Shown here: in pieces, positions 11,801-23,713 of the stretch | Layout of the letters: every line of letters starts with the position of its first letter | Numbering within the stretch: the stretch's first letter is position 1 | Source of the DNA: Balanoglossus misakiensis | Lineage: Eukaryota; Animalia; Hemichordata | NCBI GenBank assembly: GCA_040954595.2 | Contig: CM082587.2 | Coordinates: 775,622 to 839,621 of the forward strand | Direction: 5' to 3' | Length of the DNA stretch: 64,000 nt | The notes under the pieces: model-generated | The model's input: only the letters and a program-made list of their open reading frames with translations | Told to the model about the DNA's origin: nothing | Database searches by the model: none | Program-made: the position numbers and the translations under genes

Positions 11801-14611
11801 TCTATTTGAATATTTTCTAAACCAAATGGAAATATTGTATTTGATCAGTAATCTGTTGTTTTCCTGTTTGAACCAACAGAGACGAAGACCAAGAGCCTAC
11901 TGATGCTGGCATCGGTGATATGGGGGACAGTGATAATGTAACGCAGAGCTCCACAGATAGTGTCACGCAAGATATCACAGATAATGTCGTGCAGGATATC
12001 ACAGATAGCGTCACGCAAGATATCACAGATCATGTCACACAGAATACAGACAGTGTAACGCAGAGCACAACAGACGATGTAACACAGTGTACTACAGATA
12101 GTGTCACGCAATGGACAACTGGAAATGAAGCTTTAGATGTCATATTTACACAGCACATACAGCACTGCCAGTATTTATTGTCTGTAAGTAGACTGCTAAT
12201 GTAAATTGTTGCAAATTGATGAACCTTACATTGTATGAATCGTGTGTATCATGATATGCTGCTTAATTTCAGATGTTAGGATCATTCGGGCCACTAAGAA
12301 GTAAAGAGACTACAGCACTGAAGAATCTTGAAACACAGTCAAAAATATTTTGTAGACTACTGCAGCTTGATCCAGTAGAAGATTTCACGTCCATTGAACA
12401 GGGTAAGAACTGTGTTAAGACACTTTGTGCGTGACCTATTACACTGCTTTGAATTCAGGGTTTTCTTTATACATTCATGTTGTCTGCTTGCCAATCTTGA
12501 GGTTTCAGATTTTCCATGATGACATAAGATATACTGACTGCATCTGTGATTTGCTTTGTAGCTGTACCTGAACTGAAAGACAAACCAGGTTTCGTGTCTT
12601 TCTGGATGAAGTGTTGTGTGGCCTCTGCATTCCTCTACTCCACTGTGGACAGCGTTGCCCTTCAGTTGGAGTTACAGTTTGGAGCCAAGCTGAGAACATG
12701 TCATCCAGCATTGGCAGACAATAGTAAGGACTGTTTAAAGACTTTTAGTATTAAGGGGTTTGTCAGTGGAAATAAACCATAATGCACAAAATCTCTCAGT
12801 GAAAAATATTGGGATGATGAACATAATGTAGTTGTTGACTATTAAGTGTAAATTGTCTCGATAACGCACAAGTTGCATGTAGGGAATACTGGTATTCTTT
12901 GTATTAAAATTAATCTGTCTGTCTCTCAATTGCTTGTCTTTCTGTTATCTGAATGTGTGTGTGTGTCTGAGAGAGAGGGGGAGGGATGGAGTAAAAGAGA
13001 GAGAGAGATTGCCACTAATTCAAAGAATTTGTTTCTCATTTAATAGTTTTCCACATCATCATAAGGACCATGATGGAGAGATCATCAGCTGACATCCATT
13101 ATTGCAATTATAAAGTTACATTGTATCAATTTGCGGAATGGTGTGTGGCCAGTCACAAAACAGATCTGGAGCAGTACATCACAGACTTGATCTCCGAATG
13201 TGAGTGACATATTTTCAACAGTTAAGGCTATGTTACTATAATGTAATCATGAATTCCCTTTGTATACAGTGCAGTTTCTCACAGTGTGCGTGTGTGTGTA
13301 ATTTAATTTTCAATGGATCTTTCCATCTTCTGCCAGTGTCCATGAATGAATGTCTACAGCCATCAAATGAAGACATCTTGAGAGATCTCAAGAAACTTCC
13401 CAAGGTGCCACTTCCTGCAAGTAGTTTGTTGTGCTTAGCGATGTTGTTAGTGGAAGGAGACCAAACGACCAAAGCTGGTGTTAGCATCTACATGGAAATG
13501 ATGGCAACTGATAATAATTGGAAGAGAAAGGTGAGGTCACAGACATCATTGGTCACCAGGAGTTCAGAGAGCAAAGGGCAAAATATGCAATGTGAAGAAA
13601 AAGCTTCTGAAGTGTCTGTAAATGCATGTATAAGGACTAGGACACAAGATGACAAATTACCAAGAAAAGAAATTACATTTCCCATCACTCTTGGCTTTTT
13701 TCACATTCTTATTACAATAATTTAATTTCTGATTTCTCTGTCCAGGCTATTAAAGTTTTCCTAGAGTGTCTAGAAGATAGTTCGCAGTCAGTGAGACAAG
13801 CTGGTTGTCAGGCATTAGCTTGTATTAATGTAAGTTAAAGTTCATTATTGATGATATATATATGTGATTAAAACTGACAAGAATTCCAGGAGGGAATGCA
13901 ACACATTGGAAGAGAAAAGACATTCATTCATTCATTGATAGATAGTTGTACTTATGTTGTAAATCTTTTTTGACATCATATCAACTAACACACACAGGCA
14001 ACAAGCTGTATTGAAGAGTTGGTGTATCTCTGTCGCTGTGATGTGGATGATGTAAAAGTTGCAGTGAAAGAAGCTCTTTTGTCTTTAGGTAAGATGATGT
14101 CCCATCATTCCAATTTTCTTTTAAACTTTGAGTACTTGGTGCAGGACGGATCTAAAACTCTTGCAATTCTTTAGGTTTATAGAACCACTCCTTGTCAGTC
14201 TCAAGATTTTAAATCACACCAGGTTTCAGGTTTCACAAAGTTTCTCTTTGATGATTGACTAACCCTCACAGCACACCCCCTGGAACCATGAAATTGTATT
14301 GTGTTCCTTATCATTTCATTTGTCTTTCATGCTGATACAAGGCCATACCATTTTAAAGTAAGGGGTGAGTAGGGACAAAGTTACTCACTGGTCTTGGGGA
14401 TTTGGTAAGGTGTGAAATTAAACTTTAATTTTTTATTTGAATTTACCATAGAAAATAATCTAATTAGGATCTTGTTTCTTCTGCTGCGACAGGTGATGAA
14501 GGAAGAAGAGCATACACAGAGGTCACATCAAGAAGTCATGATATGGACACGCTTCCACTGAACAGTCCATTGTCATCGATAGCAAGGCCTCATATGACAA
14601 CAGAACTTTAG
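5845..14611 (+). CDS. RIPOR: RIPOR/FAM65 family Rho-interacting cell polarization regulator, about 902 aa, 23 coding exons: 5845-5928, 6513-6664, 7087-7171, 7307-7330, 8154-8182, 8857-8930, 9074-9171, 9414-9477, 9693-9736, 10104-10229, 10454-10543, 10647-10708, 10850-10958, 11093-11278, 11464-11708, 11880-12183, 12273-12402, 12562-12723, 13047-13199, 13337-13530, 13746-13829, 13998-14088, 14493-14611
   Basis: All introns are GT-AG and phase-consistent; the start is CACC-ATG-G with an in-frame stop upstream. Family motifs: RPRSNTFAGF (cf. RSQSFAG), KLEFHLSKIDEL, GIAGFARLCTGD, VTELKGLG, VNINDAGTLKLNLKVAWSPF, SVENALKSFDFLN, LGSFGPLR, and the C-terminal HEAT/ARM-like LEDSSQSVRQAGCQALACI...IEELVYLC. 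The RIPOR1/2/3 subtype cannot be assigned. Confidence 0.93.
11932..12120 (+). repeat. Coding minisatellite, 8 units of about 24 bp, encoding D[NSHD]V[TV]QxxT within a RIPOR exon
   Basis: Units such as gatagtgtcacgcaagatatcaca translate as DNVTQSST DSVTQDIT DNVVQDIT DSVTQDIT DHVTQNT DSVTQSTT DDVTQCTT DSVTQWTT (one unit is 21 bp). Confidence 0.92.
12954..13008. repeat. Compound (TG)n/(GA)n microsatellite in a RIPOR intron
   Basis: tgtgtgtgtgtgt...gagagagag...gagagagagaga. Confidence 0.7.
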
Positions 14612-16112
14612 AAGAACCAAGTGATTCAACACTGGCATCAGAAAAAAATATTGTGCTTCTTGGTCTGTAGTTACACTTCGTAGCTTGTCTAAACGAAGTG
14701 CATGCAAGTCTTGGACAAGACTGGAAATCTGACAGTGTTTTAGTGATTGCAGAGTCAACAACAGTGAACAAACCATATGTCACATTGAAAGTCTGTAAAG
14801 AATTTATTAAGCTTAAAAACTGACCAACCTGACCAATGAGTTCTTATTTCACTGATAGTGGAATGTTTTTTTTTTCAACTCATAAAGACAGTAAAGATGA
14901 TGAATCTGAAACTAGACTGTTCAGAATAAACTGCCATTATACTACAGTTTTCTACTGCTTACTTAAAAGGGACTGAATTTACATAATGTCTGAATATTAT
15001 GGGCTAGTTTTAGCCAAGAGTCATTTCATGTCAGGTATGCATTGTTGTTATGCTGCATGAAGTACATGCATGCATGCTGGAATGTTATATAAATGATGAT
15101 ATTAGTTTTATCTGCAAATATGTGTAATTACAGCCAGTGATCAAACATGTGCAGATTGAGCAAATTTCTTTGTCTACATCTACATATGATGTGTGCAGTA
15201 TTGTCGTAAAAACTTTTGTGGCGAGTTAAATTGTGTGTAAAGTGATATTCTGATATGAAATGGAACTTTTCACATTTCATTGTAATTTGAATATTCAGTC
15301 AGACACAGCTATGCATGGCAAACTTTCAACTTTTTTCTGACCAGATTTTGTCTTTCCATGATAATGTACACAAACCCATGTACATCTGTTCAAGGTAATC
15401 ATAACTTGACATTCAAGTGTCAGGGTTAGGGTTATATATGTTTTTTTTTTTTCAAGGAAAACATCACAATTACCAAAGATTTTTGTCATAGTCATCAAAT
15501 CATGAACAGTTATCTATAGTTAAATTTATCACTACAAGTAAGTCAGTGTAACAGAGTTAAATAATTAAATAGTCCATTTCCTTGCCCATTTCCAGGCTGA
15601 CTACTATAGTCTTGCTGAACCAAAGTTTCTAAAACCTGAATAAGTAGTAAATAGTAGTGATATATTTTTAAGATAAGTTTGTCTTTTGTGTCATTAGAAG
15701 CTATGTCTTTCATCTGCTGAAACACTCTAAGTACTGAGCATTTAAGCAAAGTTAACTTGTTTTTAGATACAATGGCATGCCATTTCTGTAGAGTGCAATG
15801 AAAGACAATTGTCCAACTTTTTTTCTCAAAATAGCAATATTTATTAATCAGGACCATATTGCATGATATATTCAGTGTCCCTACCATTCATTGGCCCCTC
15901 CAGTTCTTGTTTATTACATACAAGGGTATTCTATGATAAATATTATTCTTTATTTTTTACAGAACTTTTTTTATTTCTGTCTTATTTGACAAATTCTATG
16001 CTTTATCAATAAAGTGAATAACAATTCATAAATGAATGTTTTGTTTTATTACTTTGATATGTTTGTTGAATTTCATCAGATGCAAGTTTGCTTGATGACT
16101 GGTAGTGACATG

Positions 16113-16395
16113 ACAAAATATAAATCTGTAAATGATTATTTTTTACTGCACATAGAAATACATGTAGTTGCGGTCTACTCCTGTTACATGTTTCGTCGAT
16201 GGATGTTACTTACATACATACGTACAGGATGGTGACATACTTCAAAGAGAAACCACAAAATATCAATCTATAAATGATTATTTTTACTGCTCATAGAAAT
16301 ACATGTAGTTGCGGTCTACTCCTGTTACATGTTTCGTCGATGGATGTTACTTACATACATACGTACAGGATGGTGACATACTTCAAAGAGAAACC
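16113..16395. repeat. Near-perfect tandem duplication, 2 x about 142 bp
   Basis: 16113-16254 and 16255-16395 are almost identical (acaaaatat...gcggtctactcctgttacatgtttcgtcgatgg...gagaaacc), with only a few differences at the 5' end. Confidence 0.92.
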
Positions 16396-18828
16396 TAATT
16401 TTCTTGTTTTCTCAGAAGTAAGCCTATTTCCGATGAATGCACTCTATCGTTAAAATGAAACAAAAATGAAAAACAGATCGGCATGAAGAAAAGCAAGCTA
16501 TGGTTTTAATCCCACTACGAAAAAGGAATACGTTGTTTAGACTGTTCCTACAAAAATGGCAATGAATAACAAAACATGGCCAACTTCCATTGATGATAAT
16601 ATACGGTTTATAAATGATAAACATAAAATGGCTAGCTTACATGTAAGTTTGATAAACATTGTCACAGCTGCGGGGGTACGGGCACACGCCAATTGAGAAA
16701 AAGCCTCCCAGTTTTCACAAAGCATGATGACCTAGCTATCTTTTGATTAGGGTCACCTAAAAAGTCAATTAAACTTGTGAAATTTATAGCATTGTCGAAA
16801 TGCCACATCTATGGATATTTGAGTAACGCCTCGTACACATTGTCTCCAACAAAGTGATGTGACCTGAGTGACCGATGGTCTACACATCTGTAAAAACAAC
16901 CATAATGTGAATTCCCTGACCTCTTTCCTGATAGCTATGTTATTGTTCTTCAATTCGCCGGAAGAATCTACTTACAAGGAAAATAAACACATCCACACCT
17001 GAGATTGTCATTAGGCGCTTCTCTTGTAATGCCCCAGGAATGGGGGCAACTTACTTAACATCATAAAATGTGAATGTTTATTATGTAGTTTTAAAAATTA
17101 TTCCACACAATCAAAACATTGAGATAACAAAATCCTTCCCAAAGGAACATACAGCTACATGTATGTTGTAGTCTAAACAAAAGCAAACGTTACTGTACAA
17201 CACAATGATGTAAACTAGAGCTGCTACACTTTGTACCTTAAATGCTGGCAATTGTATAGTGTGTGATCAATACCTGCCCGCAGCCACAGACAGAACAACA
17301 CTTGCTCTTTAAAGGAAATCATTCGCGATCAAACTACCATCTGCTTTAAACCTAGTATGACACTGTTTTATTGACATGTACCCCCTGATTGTATCTCAGA
17401 AATAAAATTGCCAGATCTTGGACCAGCATTTCTGATTAATAGCCACTCATGTAGCAAATGGATCAACTCCAGTTTATCATTTGTATTCATAAATTCATGC
17501 GAGCTGTGGGTGCTTACTCGTTGAATGGAAGTACGCTGAGACTTATCCATTACAATATCTTGATGTCATATGGAGAAACCATTACAAGTTGTCATTATTG
17601 CGATGATGTATTTTTTCTCTGGTAATTGACGAAGGTTGATGTCTTTTTATCACAGCGACACAAGCCACATGCAGAGACTAGTCTACGTTTCTGTCGAATG
17701 AATTGAAAAAACTGGCTGTCATATATTACCCCACGTTGAATTGGAAACAGACATCTAGACACGATGTGTAGTAATGTATGATGGATGCCTAATGTTCCGT
17801 GATGGCATTACTTCAACTTAGATATAATAAATTGAATGACTTTTATGGGAAGGATCGTAATGTTCTGATCTTAATATGGGGCACAGTGACCATGGATAAT
17901 TTTACTTCATACCTGCTACGAGGTCGTTTTCATAATTTTTTCTACATATAGAAATAATCAGGAGACAAGATATGCCATCAAAAAGAATGGGGAAGTGTAG
18001 GCATGACAAGCAGGTGTCACAGCACATCCTTTCTCATGATAAAACTCTAACTTTGAGTAGCATCAAGAGGTAATGGACTGGTTGTCAGAATTCAACTCAA
18101 ACTCGATCTGTACACGTCAAACATTCACCAGGTGCTCCATGCAAATAGCAATGATCATCAAGGCTCTACAAAATCAAGTTTAAATGTTGCATGTGATAAT
18201 TCCACCACAGGGTGGAACAACCGTGACTCCATGAAGGCATATTTCACATGAACATTGCCATGTTATGATCAGAACTATGTAAACATACGGGAAATCAATC
18301 CCAATGCAACCTTATGTTACAAAGAAAACAATTGCTTGTTCCGTTTGACTGCACATGGAAACTCCATTAAAGCTTAATTTAACCTTGCTGTTATTTAAGG
18401 TCATTTAACTCCCTTTCACTGTTGCGCATGCTTTATCCTCTCTGTGATCATATTTTATTACATTATTAGCTTATATTATCTTTATTTGATCATGTCTTTT
18501 AATTTCACTTATGATCGCGGTAACAATTATGAAACCCCATTAAACGATGAAATCATAGTTGTTGTAAACCTGAAGAAATAAAATAAAAGACAATTGATTT
18601 AACCAGCTGTTTTAATAGTTCAGCCTATGAGCACCACAAACATCTGTGCAATCTTTTCAAAGAAAAATCACCATTTGGTGAATGATATGACATATTTACG
18701 CAAAGGCAGATCTCTACATGAAATATAGTTAGTCAATAGCAAATTGGCACCCATGGAAATTTTCATTCTCTTCAAAATCTAGTCCCGGTAAAAACTGTTC
18801 ACTCTGTTTATTCATCGTTCTCTTTTCC

Positions 18829-19982
18829 TCATATGCAATCACTACAAAATCCATCTGGATTCTGCCTTCGCCATTCCTCAGCCAGGCTTTCAAATTCCGG
18901 GAAACTGATGTACTGGCAGTGGCCTTCACTGTGCATCCTATAAATGTTTGTAGTGATGGCTGATGGTACATTCTCCATCCCACATTGCTGTTGAGATTGT
19001 TCAATGCAATCTAATATTTTGAGAACTCCCTGGCAGGCTACAGCAGTTGGTGATTTGATGTAAGCGGCTGCTTTTTGAAGACAATTTCTCCGAATTGAGG
19101 TCAAGTGACAGGCGTGAAGGTTATCTGTAATATACCATGTATCTGCATACATGAATAGACCATTTTGATTACATACTTTCATCAAGCAATGATGCGAAAC
19201 GACGAGGAAAACAGTAAGTCATTATCCAAAAGAATATAAAGTTGTAAAAGTACTGTATGCCGATCTGCTGTGCACCTTTAGAGCCATCTGGGCACTGAAT
19301 TTCTCCTAACCTCTTCTAAATATCAATGTTTGCTTTCTCATGTATGTGGCGATCATGGGACAGGGTTTTGTAGATTCCTTTGGCCTTCCTTTTTGATAAC
19401 TGAAAGTTCTTAAATGCAATTTGCGCTCATAATTATCACTATCCTGTCCAGCACTGATATCATGACCTGATGTGACTGTTAATGCTGACTATACAATTAT
19501 ACACCTACAGACATAAGATTACTTACTAGCATCAAAACCATTGTTGTGTTCATTGCAGAAACCAAGTCTGTCGTAAATAAAATGTGTCCTTAATTGGTTT
19601 TTCACCAAAGTAGTGAAATTAAAAGGGGTTTCATTGACACCACTCTTGTCACAATCCAAGTTAAGGAGACAATCTTTACGTGTCTGAAAAACAGACAGAA
19701 GGACAGAGGCATTAAATAAGCATAATATAAAGAATTGAAGGAGAATAATTCACTTAAAAATCACGACTGTAGTAGATATAAGTATAAATGCAATGCAAAT
19801 CTCACCTGGACAAACTTGCACCAGATGAATGTATCTGGCAAGTCCCAGTGAACAGGGTTTAATATAACCTTGGATGATGAGTATGTACACCTGTCCAAAT
19901 CTTCCCAAGTACAAGCCTTGTAGAAATGAAAACATGAACAAATGAACGAGTCTTTTGGACAAGGGAGCAGTGGTATACTGAA
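18829..19982 (-). CDS. Uncharacterised cysteine-rich, probably secreted protein with two six-Cys helical modules. Exons 19806-19916 (or 19806-19982), 19527-19683, 18829-19124; the first exon is unresolved.
   Basis: Three GT-AG exons join in frame: ACTWEDLDRCTYSSSKVILNPVHWDLPDTFIWCKFVQ|TRKDCLLNLDCDKSGVNETPFNFTTLVKNQLRTHFIYDRLGFCNEHNNGFDA|NNLHACHLTSIRRNCLQKAAAYIKSPTAVACQGVLKILDCIEQSQQQCGMENVPSAITTNIYRMHSEGHCQYISFPEFESLAEEWRRQNPDGFCSDCI*. It has 14 Cys and two NxT sequons; there is a minus-strand AATAAA at about 18481-18486. Confidence 0.75.
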
Positions 19983-21540
19983 CTGATAAAATATTGACCT
20001 TAACCCAGAGAAGATTAAAGTTATCTAACTTATCACCACAACTTACAGAAGATGAGAATCTTTTCCCCATTTTTGTATTAAAGCTTGATAGGAATCATTT
20101 TAAAGAACTGAATATGAATGGACCAAGCCTGCTTCAATGTACACTGATGAGAAACACATTGGTTGTTCAGTCAACTAAAGATTCACAGCGGGGAGAAACA
20201 TCGACCCCTTTTGTGATTTCAATCATTTTAAAACTCCATTCATTCAAGTGTTGCATACCATTTAGCTTACACGGGTGGTTATCGAAAATTTTGAAATGAA
20301 TTGAAAAAAAAGGTTGTCTGTTTTTGAGATAATGTATCTTATCACTGATTGAATATGAACAGCTTTAATGCGAGGAAGGCTTATATTATAAATGAGAACA
20401 TGCAATAACTTTATAGACAATGCTTGTTACGATTATATTTATAAGAACCACTTATATCCCACACAACATAAAATTAGTCTTGTCATAAAAATGTTCCCTT
20501 TGGTTTTACAATTTAATTATACAATTTATATGTATCGGCACGTATTCAATCAAATGTAAGCATCATGCATAAATAGTCACTTAGTGTTTACCCTTGAGTC
20601 ATCTAAGCTGAAGCCATATACGCATTCAATAATGTTGAAAAACCATCCAATCACTGTTAGCAAATGCCACCATTGGATATTAATTTCCTGTAAAAATCCA
20701 TGATGTTATTAAAATTCTGATCACTGTTTATTTATACACGTCGATATGTATTGACACTCAGAAGCAACATTTTCGTAAAATTTAGCTGTGTTTTCCATCA
20801 TGGAATCTCGAAAAGGACAAAACACGACATTCTAAGCTGCAACAAGCTATCTACGCAAGTTGTCATTGCACATGAGTGTGACAATACAAGTAAAAATTTT
20901 GCCGCATCTTTCTTCACTTGGACACTACAAACCACGGGCCCGATAATACAACTACTGCCTTGTATTAGTCAAAAAGGACAAAACATTACATCCCCAGCTT
21001 CAAAAATGAAGGAAGCAGAACAGCATGCACTGCACGTCGATGTCTGTGCTGTTTGTGAATTTTGGTTGATCTAATTCGACGACATGACAATAATCCAACA
21101 TTCACATACAAACATCAAATGTATATACGAGCACTTAACCAGTTACACGCCTTGTGTTCCGTTTATTGCAGTGAAACGCCAGGTGTTTTGATGACCTTTG
21201 TCAATTCAGCACTAATCCCATCAGAGTCTGTGATCATAACCATGCCGGTTTTGATGTTTTGAACCTTTGGGTCGAGCCCTTTGATGGAATCTGTAGACCT
21301 TGGCGCGCGTGTATAGTGAGCGACATTTCATTGAACAGAAAATGAATTTTCAGGTGGAGCACTCTTCCACCAGAATGTGTTATTGACCTGTGTCATGAGA
21401 ATGCCCCAATAGCCATCCCGTGGAGTCTCATGGTTCTCAGGCTGAAAATGGTCCATTATGGATTATCAGCAGCAACAACAGTGACAATGCAAAATGGACA
21501 ATAAACCTCTCTTCAGTGACTGCACGTCAACTCAATTAAT

Positions 21541-21634
21541 AATTTATTTTAATTAACACAGTTGATGCAATAAGAATTAATATATTCATATACCATCAAC
21601 ATACACATGTTTCAACTGTGTTAATTAATAAATT
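21541..21634. repeat. Inverted repeat (about 23-bp arms, 46-nt spacer), MITE-like or hairpin
   Basis: aatttattttaattaacacagttga (21541-21565) vs tcaactgtgttaattaataaatt (21612-21634), with a 17-bp perfect core. Confidence 0.7.
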
Positions 21635-22191
21635 AGATTAAATTCAAAATGGCATTTTTATCCATCTCTTAATGAGACATCTTACATAATTTGCAAAACT
21701 CTTATGTAAGATAGCTAGGATACCATTCCTAAAATAACAAAACAAAACATTTTCTACATATGAACATATGTCAAATCGTACTGTACACATGTCGATGTCG
21801 TAAAAAATAACATAAAAACTTTGTAAGCTTACGCGCCATCATCATACAGTCTAACAAAGACATATTGATTTGTCGTAATTTACAAGTCATCTATTGCAAC
21901 CACATGTAACTCGAGATTCCTATTTAGAGACAAAGACTGACATTCAGAAACTAAGCTTAGGCTGGTATTCAGCGGCAGAAGGACTATGCACCATATGTTG
22001 TTCATTTACGCTTCATTATTTCTGTATTGTTCAACGTTGAAAATGTGGGCATATCATCCAATCAAGTCTGTTATAAACCCTTACTTCCTTAAAATAAGTC
22101 ACAAGTGCAACACGTTACTCGAATTGAATAGAAACTGTTTATAGTTGGTTTTTATCTTGTCCACTTTACGTCGCTCTGTGTTAGCAGGTGA

Positions 22192-22227
22192 CTCTGCACA
22201 TGTTGGGATCTCTGCACATGTTGGGAT
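22192..22227. repeat. Perfect 18-bp tandem duplication
   Basis: ctctgcacatgttgggat x2. Confidence 0.8.
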
Positions 22228-23713
22228 AAAACTACAATACTTTGTTTCCCTGGAATATTTGCGGCAATTCCCCAGACGACAAATTAAATGAAATATTAAC
22301 AAAAGCAAAAAAGCCTTACAGTCATACTAACCTTTACGTGCATTTTGATAATCCTAGCCAAGTGATTACTGTTCTATGTCAAGTTGCGCTTTGCAGTGCG
22401 TGAGAATTAGAGAGCCCCCTTCAGGTCCAACGCACGGATATGCTGAGCTAAAACTGACAAAAATGTATATTCCAACCAGGAAATGGGGTGCCAATCATTA
22501 ACGGGGGCGGAGTTTCAATTAGACTGACAAAACCTAACAGATGTCAAACCAGTATGCACAGTTTAACTATATGGACTAAGAGTGTGAAAATAGAAGTCTT
22601 TCCTTCAGTGAGTAAAACATGAGAGAAAGTAGCTGCAGTGGAATCCGACAGTGCAACACCACGTGGTAATATTTATAACTTTTTATTTCACATTGAAAAT
22701 GAAATTAAAAATTTAAACACAGGGTTTATTTTATAGAAGCAATAACTGCTTCTGAATACAAAGTAAGCGCCGACATTTTATTTTGTCATTATTGCCTGCG
22801 AGAGTGGCATATGTTTCATCGGATTTTAACATCCACATGTTTTGTAGTATACATCTTTAGGCTGTAATTTAATTCCATGTATGCAATGGTTGGGGTATAT
22901 AGCTTTTATTGTAGTGGTTGACAACCATGTATCACACATGCGTGGTGTATTTCTACAGTTCCTTTGTTTTTATCAGACACTTTTTTTATCACACACTTGC
23001 CGTAGTACTAATTTTAATTCTGCCAATTTAAAAACTGCAACTGGAATAATCCAAACAATCTATTCTGTACATATTGATGACACAGAAACAAAGATAGACA
23101 GACAAGCAAGTACACAGACAGACAAACACACACAGAGTTACTTCATCGATTGTTATACAAGGATGTTTGGAAAATAATATACCAGTACGACAATGTGTAG
23201 AGTAAAAGTGATCTAACTTTATTGCCAAAAGTCGATGAGACTAGACCCAATATGGCTCAGACCTACAGACTGCAAGTGTGAAAGTGTCTCTACAGAAAAT
23301 ATTCTCTCCTATAAATAAAACACACTGAAAAATACTGATTTTGTTAACAGCATATCAAAGTTAAACAAATAGTAAAACTTATATCTGCCTATGTTGGGCC
23401 TGTGACAACACTATCGTTCTATGCTCATGCACTGAGAAAGTACAAAACCTATAGTATACCGTATACCTAACAGTTACAATTTAAGTTAAAGCAATGATGG
23501 ACATGAATATTAATTACTTAAGCTTATGCTGTGCCGAACATCACAATGTATGATGGTATTTGGTGACCAAAAATGAAGAATTTACTAAGCGTACATAAAC
23601 GTGTTTTGAGGTAGACAGGATTATTTTAACTCAGGCTATAAGAGCAGTACACATTATCAATAAAGTCTACTGTATATACAAATTAAAGAATAGCTTAAAA
23701 ACTTGAATACCAC

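Noticed and set aside
11817-12111. Minus-strand repetitive ORFs (ISCVTLSV / CDILRDTI)
   Set aside because: These are antisense shadows of the RIPOR coding minisatellite.
11932-12120. CRISPR-like array
   Set aside because: The units are contiguous with no unique spacers, and they sit inside a eukaryotic coding exon.
18060-18590. Degenerate CR1/L2 LINE 3' end (LYK..SLNV..RV-like fragments, AATAAAATAAAA tail)
   Set aside because: The similarity is fragmentary and spread across frames; too weak to call.
21440-21845. Signal-peptide exons for the Cys-rich gene (MMMA + ...FIVHFALSLLLLLIIH)
   Set aside because: The hydrophobic frame hits TGA before any usable donor site.
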